From: an uncultured virus (IMG/VR IMGVR_UViG_3300020073_000092)
Lineage: Duplodnaviria; Heunggongvirae; Uroviricota; Caudoviricetes
Reading direction: 5' to 3' (one strand)
Length of the DNA: 64,000 nt
Virus record (IMG/VR): IMGVR_UViG_3300020073_000092
The notes under the pieces were generated by a model. That model was given only the letters and a program-made list of their open reading frames with translations. It did no database searches and had not been told where the DNA came from. The number at the start of each line of letters is the position of its first letter. Position 1 is the first letter of the stretch. Shown here in pieces: positions 62,175-64,000 of this stretch. Both the position numbers and the translations under genes were made by a program.

Positions 62175-62461
62175 ATGATTATAAGATTTGGTGATATAGG
62201 AAAGAGTTTAGGAACGCGGGATGATGGAAGAAGATTTAGGATGCAAATAGTTAATGGGTTTAATGAACAAAAAAAGTTGAGCTAGATTTTCATGGCGTGG
62301 AAATGGTGTCAAATTCGTTTGCGGATGAATGTATAGGTAAATTGGTTGAAGAGATGGGGCTTGAGAAACTAAAAAGTTTTACAACCTTTAAAAATACCAG
62401 TAAGAATGTGGCGATGGTGTTACAAAAGGTTATCAAAGATAGACTGGCAAGTGTATGTTAG
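62175..62461 (+). pseudogene. STAS-like (DUF4325-type) protein frameshifted at an A7 run
   Basis: LGTRDDG, then in the -1 frame ELDFHGVEMVSNSFADECIGKL. Confidence 0.75.
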
Positions 62462-62596
62462 AATGGAGTTGATGTTCGTATTGCTAATATTTATAGAGCA
62501 GAATAGAAAAAGATATGGTGCTACATAAAGGCTAGTGCGGTATGCATTAGCCTGAATCTTTGTAAACGAAAAACCATCCGGTGTATCACATATACG

Positions 62597-62626
62597 AAAA
62601 GAACCTGACCAGCACTAGTCAGGTTC
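62597..62626 (-). terminator. Rho-independent terminator after tnpC
   Basis: GAACCTGAC/GTCAGGTTC stem followed by TTTT on the minus strand. Confidence 0.65.
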
Positions 62627-62632
62627 AAATTT

Positions 62633-64000
62633 TTATTTGCAGTTCTTCTGGATTTCGTCACTCCAAGGCAGGTAGTTTTCCAGCAACTCAGGATGTATTT
62701 TGAAATTCAGATTGGGAAGATTTTCAAATAGATAGGTCAAATAACGAAATGGCTCCAAGTCATTGGCTTTGCTGGTTTCTACTATGCTATAAACGGCAGC
62801 GCTGGCGGCTGCGCCCTTCGGTGAGGCGCTGAACAACCAATTCTTGCGGCCAATGGTAAAGTTGCGGATAGCCCGTTCGCAGATATTATTCGAAAGAGCG
62901 ATGTTGCCATCTGTCAGGAAGGCACTAAGCCCTTTCCGATGATTCAAGGCATAGTTAACCGCCTTACCCAGCGCAGATTTAGGCAACGCCTTGGGCTGGA
63001 TTCCTTCCAGCCACACGAAGAAAGCCTCCAGCTTGTCTTTTTCAAGCCGCAGACGCTCTGCCTGCCGTTCTTCAGCAGACTTATGGGAAAGCTCTTTATC
63101 TAAGGCAAACAGTTCATTGATTTTCCGGATGGCCTGCCCGCTTATGGATTCGGCTGCTTCTTCCTGCGAAATTCCTGCCGGAATAGCATCCACAAAGTAG
63201 CGGCGGGCATGCACCCAGCAGAGAGCATGTTCCTTGCAGGGAATCTGCTCATAACCGGCATAGCCGTCTGTTTGCAGGATGCCCTTATATCCCTCAAGGA
63301 ACTTTCCGGCAAAGCCTCCGTTCCGGCCGGGATGGTATTCGTAGATCCGGATTTGCCATCCGTCCTGCACGAACTCGCCATTGGTATACACCCACATGTA
63401 AGACTTGGTCTTATTCTTCCGCCCTTTTTCGTTGAGCACCTGTACTGGCGTTTCGTCTGCATGGATTACCGGCTGCTTCAAAAGCTCTGTGTGCATGCAA
63501 TCTACCAGCGGCATAAGCCAGTCTTCTGCTGACCGGATCACCCAGTTGGCCAATGTGGCCCGGGATAACTCTACGCCAATGGATTTCCACTCCTGTTCCT
63601 GACGGTAAAGAGGCATGGAAAACTGGTCTTTCTGCGTAATGACATGCGCTACACTGGACGGCGAGGCGATGGACTTTGCCAGCACCGGCTGCGGCATCTG
63701 TGGCTTTTCGATGGAGAAATGTTCTTTTTTCCGGCATTCCAGGCATTGGAAGGATTCTCGGTAAAAATCGATGACTTTTACGTAGCAGGAATGAACTGCA
63801 CCTCCGTACAGATTTTCTCTCGGCCCATGGATGTGAGCTGTGTCCCGCAACGTTTGCAGATACGCTCATCTTTCGGCAGGGTGATTACACGTTCCTCATG
63901 CGGCATATCTTTCAGAATCTGATCAAGATGGCCTTTCTGCTTCTTGCGCCGCTGATGAGCAGGGTCTTCAATGACCGGCTCAGGAGCACTGCCTTTTGCC
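62633..64000 (-). pseudogene. tnpC: IS66 TnpC transposase with a 1-bp frameshift near 63780
   Basis: Upstream frame ICKRCG...FIPAT* continues as VKVIDFY in another frame; HADETP, QTDGY, CWVHARR and NNICERAIR motifs. Confidence 0.85.

Larger units (their letters stand above)
62562..64000 (-). mobile_element. Second, distinct IS66-family element running off the window
   Basis: Terminal GTAAACG at 62562; TnpC motifs. Confidence 0.8.

Overview
A 64 kb accessory region. Gene content suggests an anaerobic Firmicute, possibly Selenomonas-like (inference). Almost all genes are on the + strand. Positions 1-51.4 kb are a mosaic glycan-modification locus: a 2-aminoethylphosphonate module with two Thr-nucleophile alkaline-phosphatase-superfamily proteins; a pseudaminic acid pathway (pseB/C/F/I/G, no recognisable pseH, plus WbqC and a poly-G frameshifted methyltransferase); an AT-rich GT2/GT8/wecE block; a CDP-alditol/TagF module; and a putative activated-ketose module. 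No flippase, polymerase or ABC exporter is visible. An AT-rich operon at 15.8-18.6 kb encodes a soluble TPR histidine kinase, a stand-alone receiver and a PIN nuclease, and is the best candidate for an undescribed system. At 14.1-14.5 kb a gene is cut next to a long palindrome and a 10-bp-phased GGTGCA array; a related motif recurs at 58.7 kb. Positions 51.5-64 kb are a decaying defence/IS island: a PHP-ATPase with an in-frame amber codon, an hsdR remnant, a TIR-STAND-TPR gene, IS66 and IS3 elements, an IS110 sitting in Shine-Dalgarno sequences, and a frameshifted STAS-like gene. All calls come from reading motifs by eye; no database search was run.
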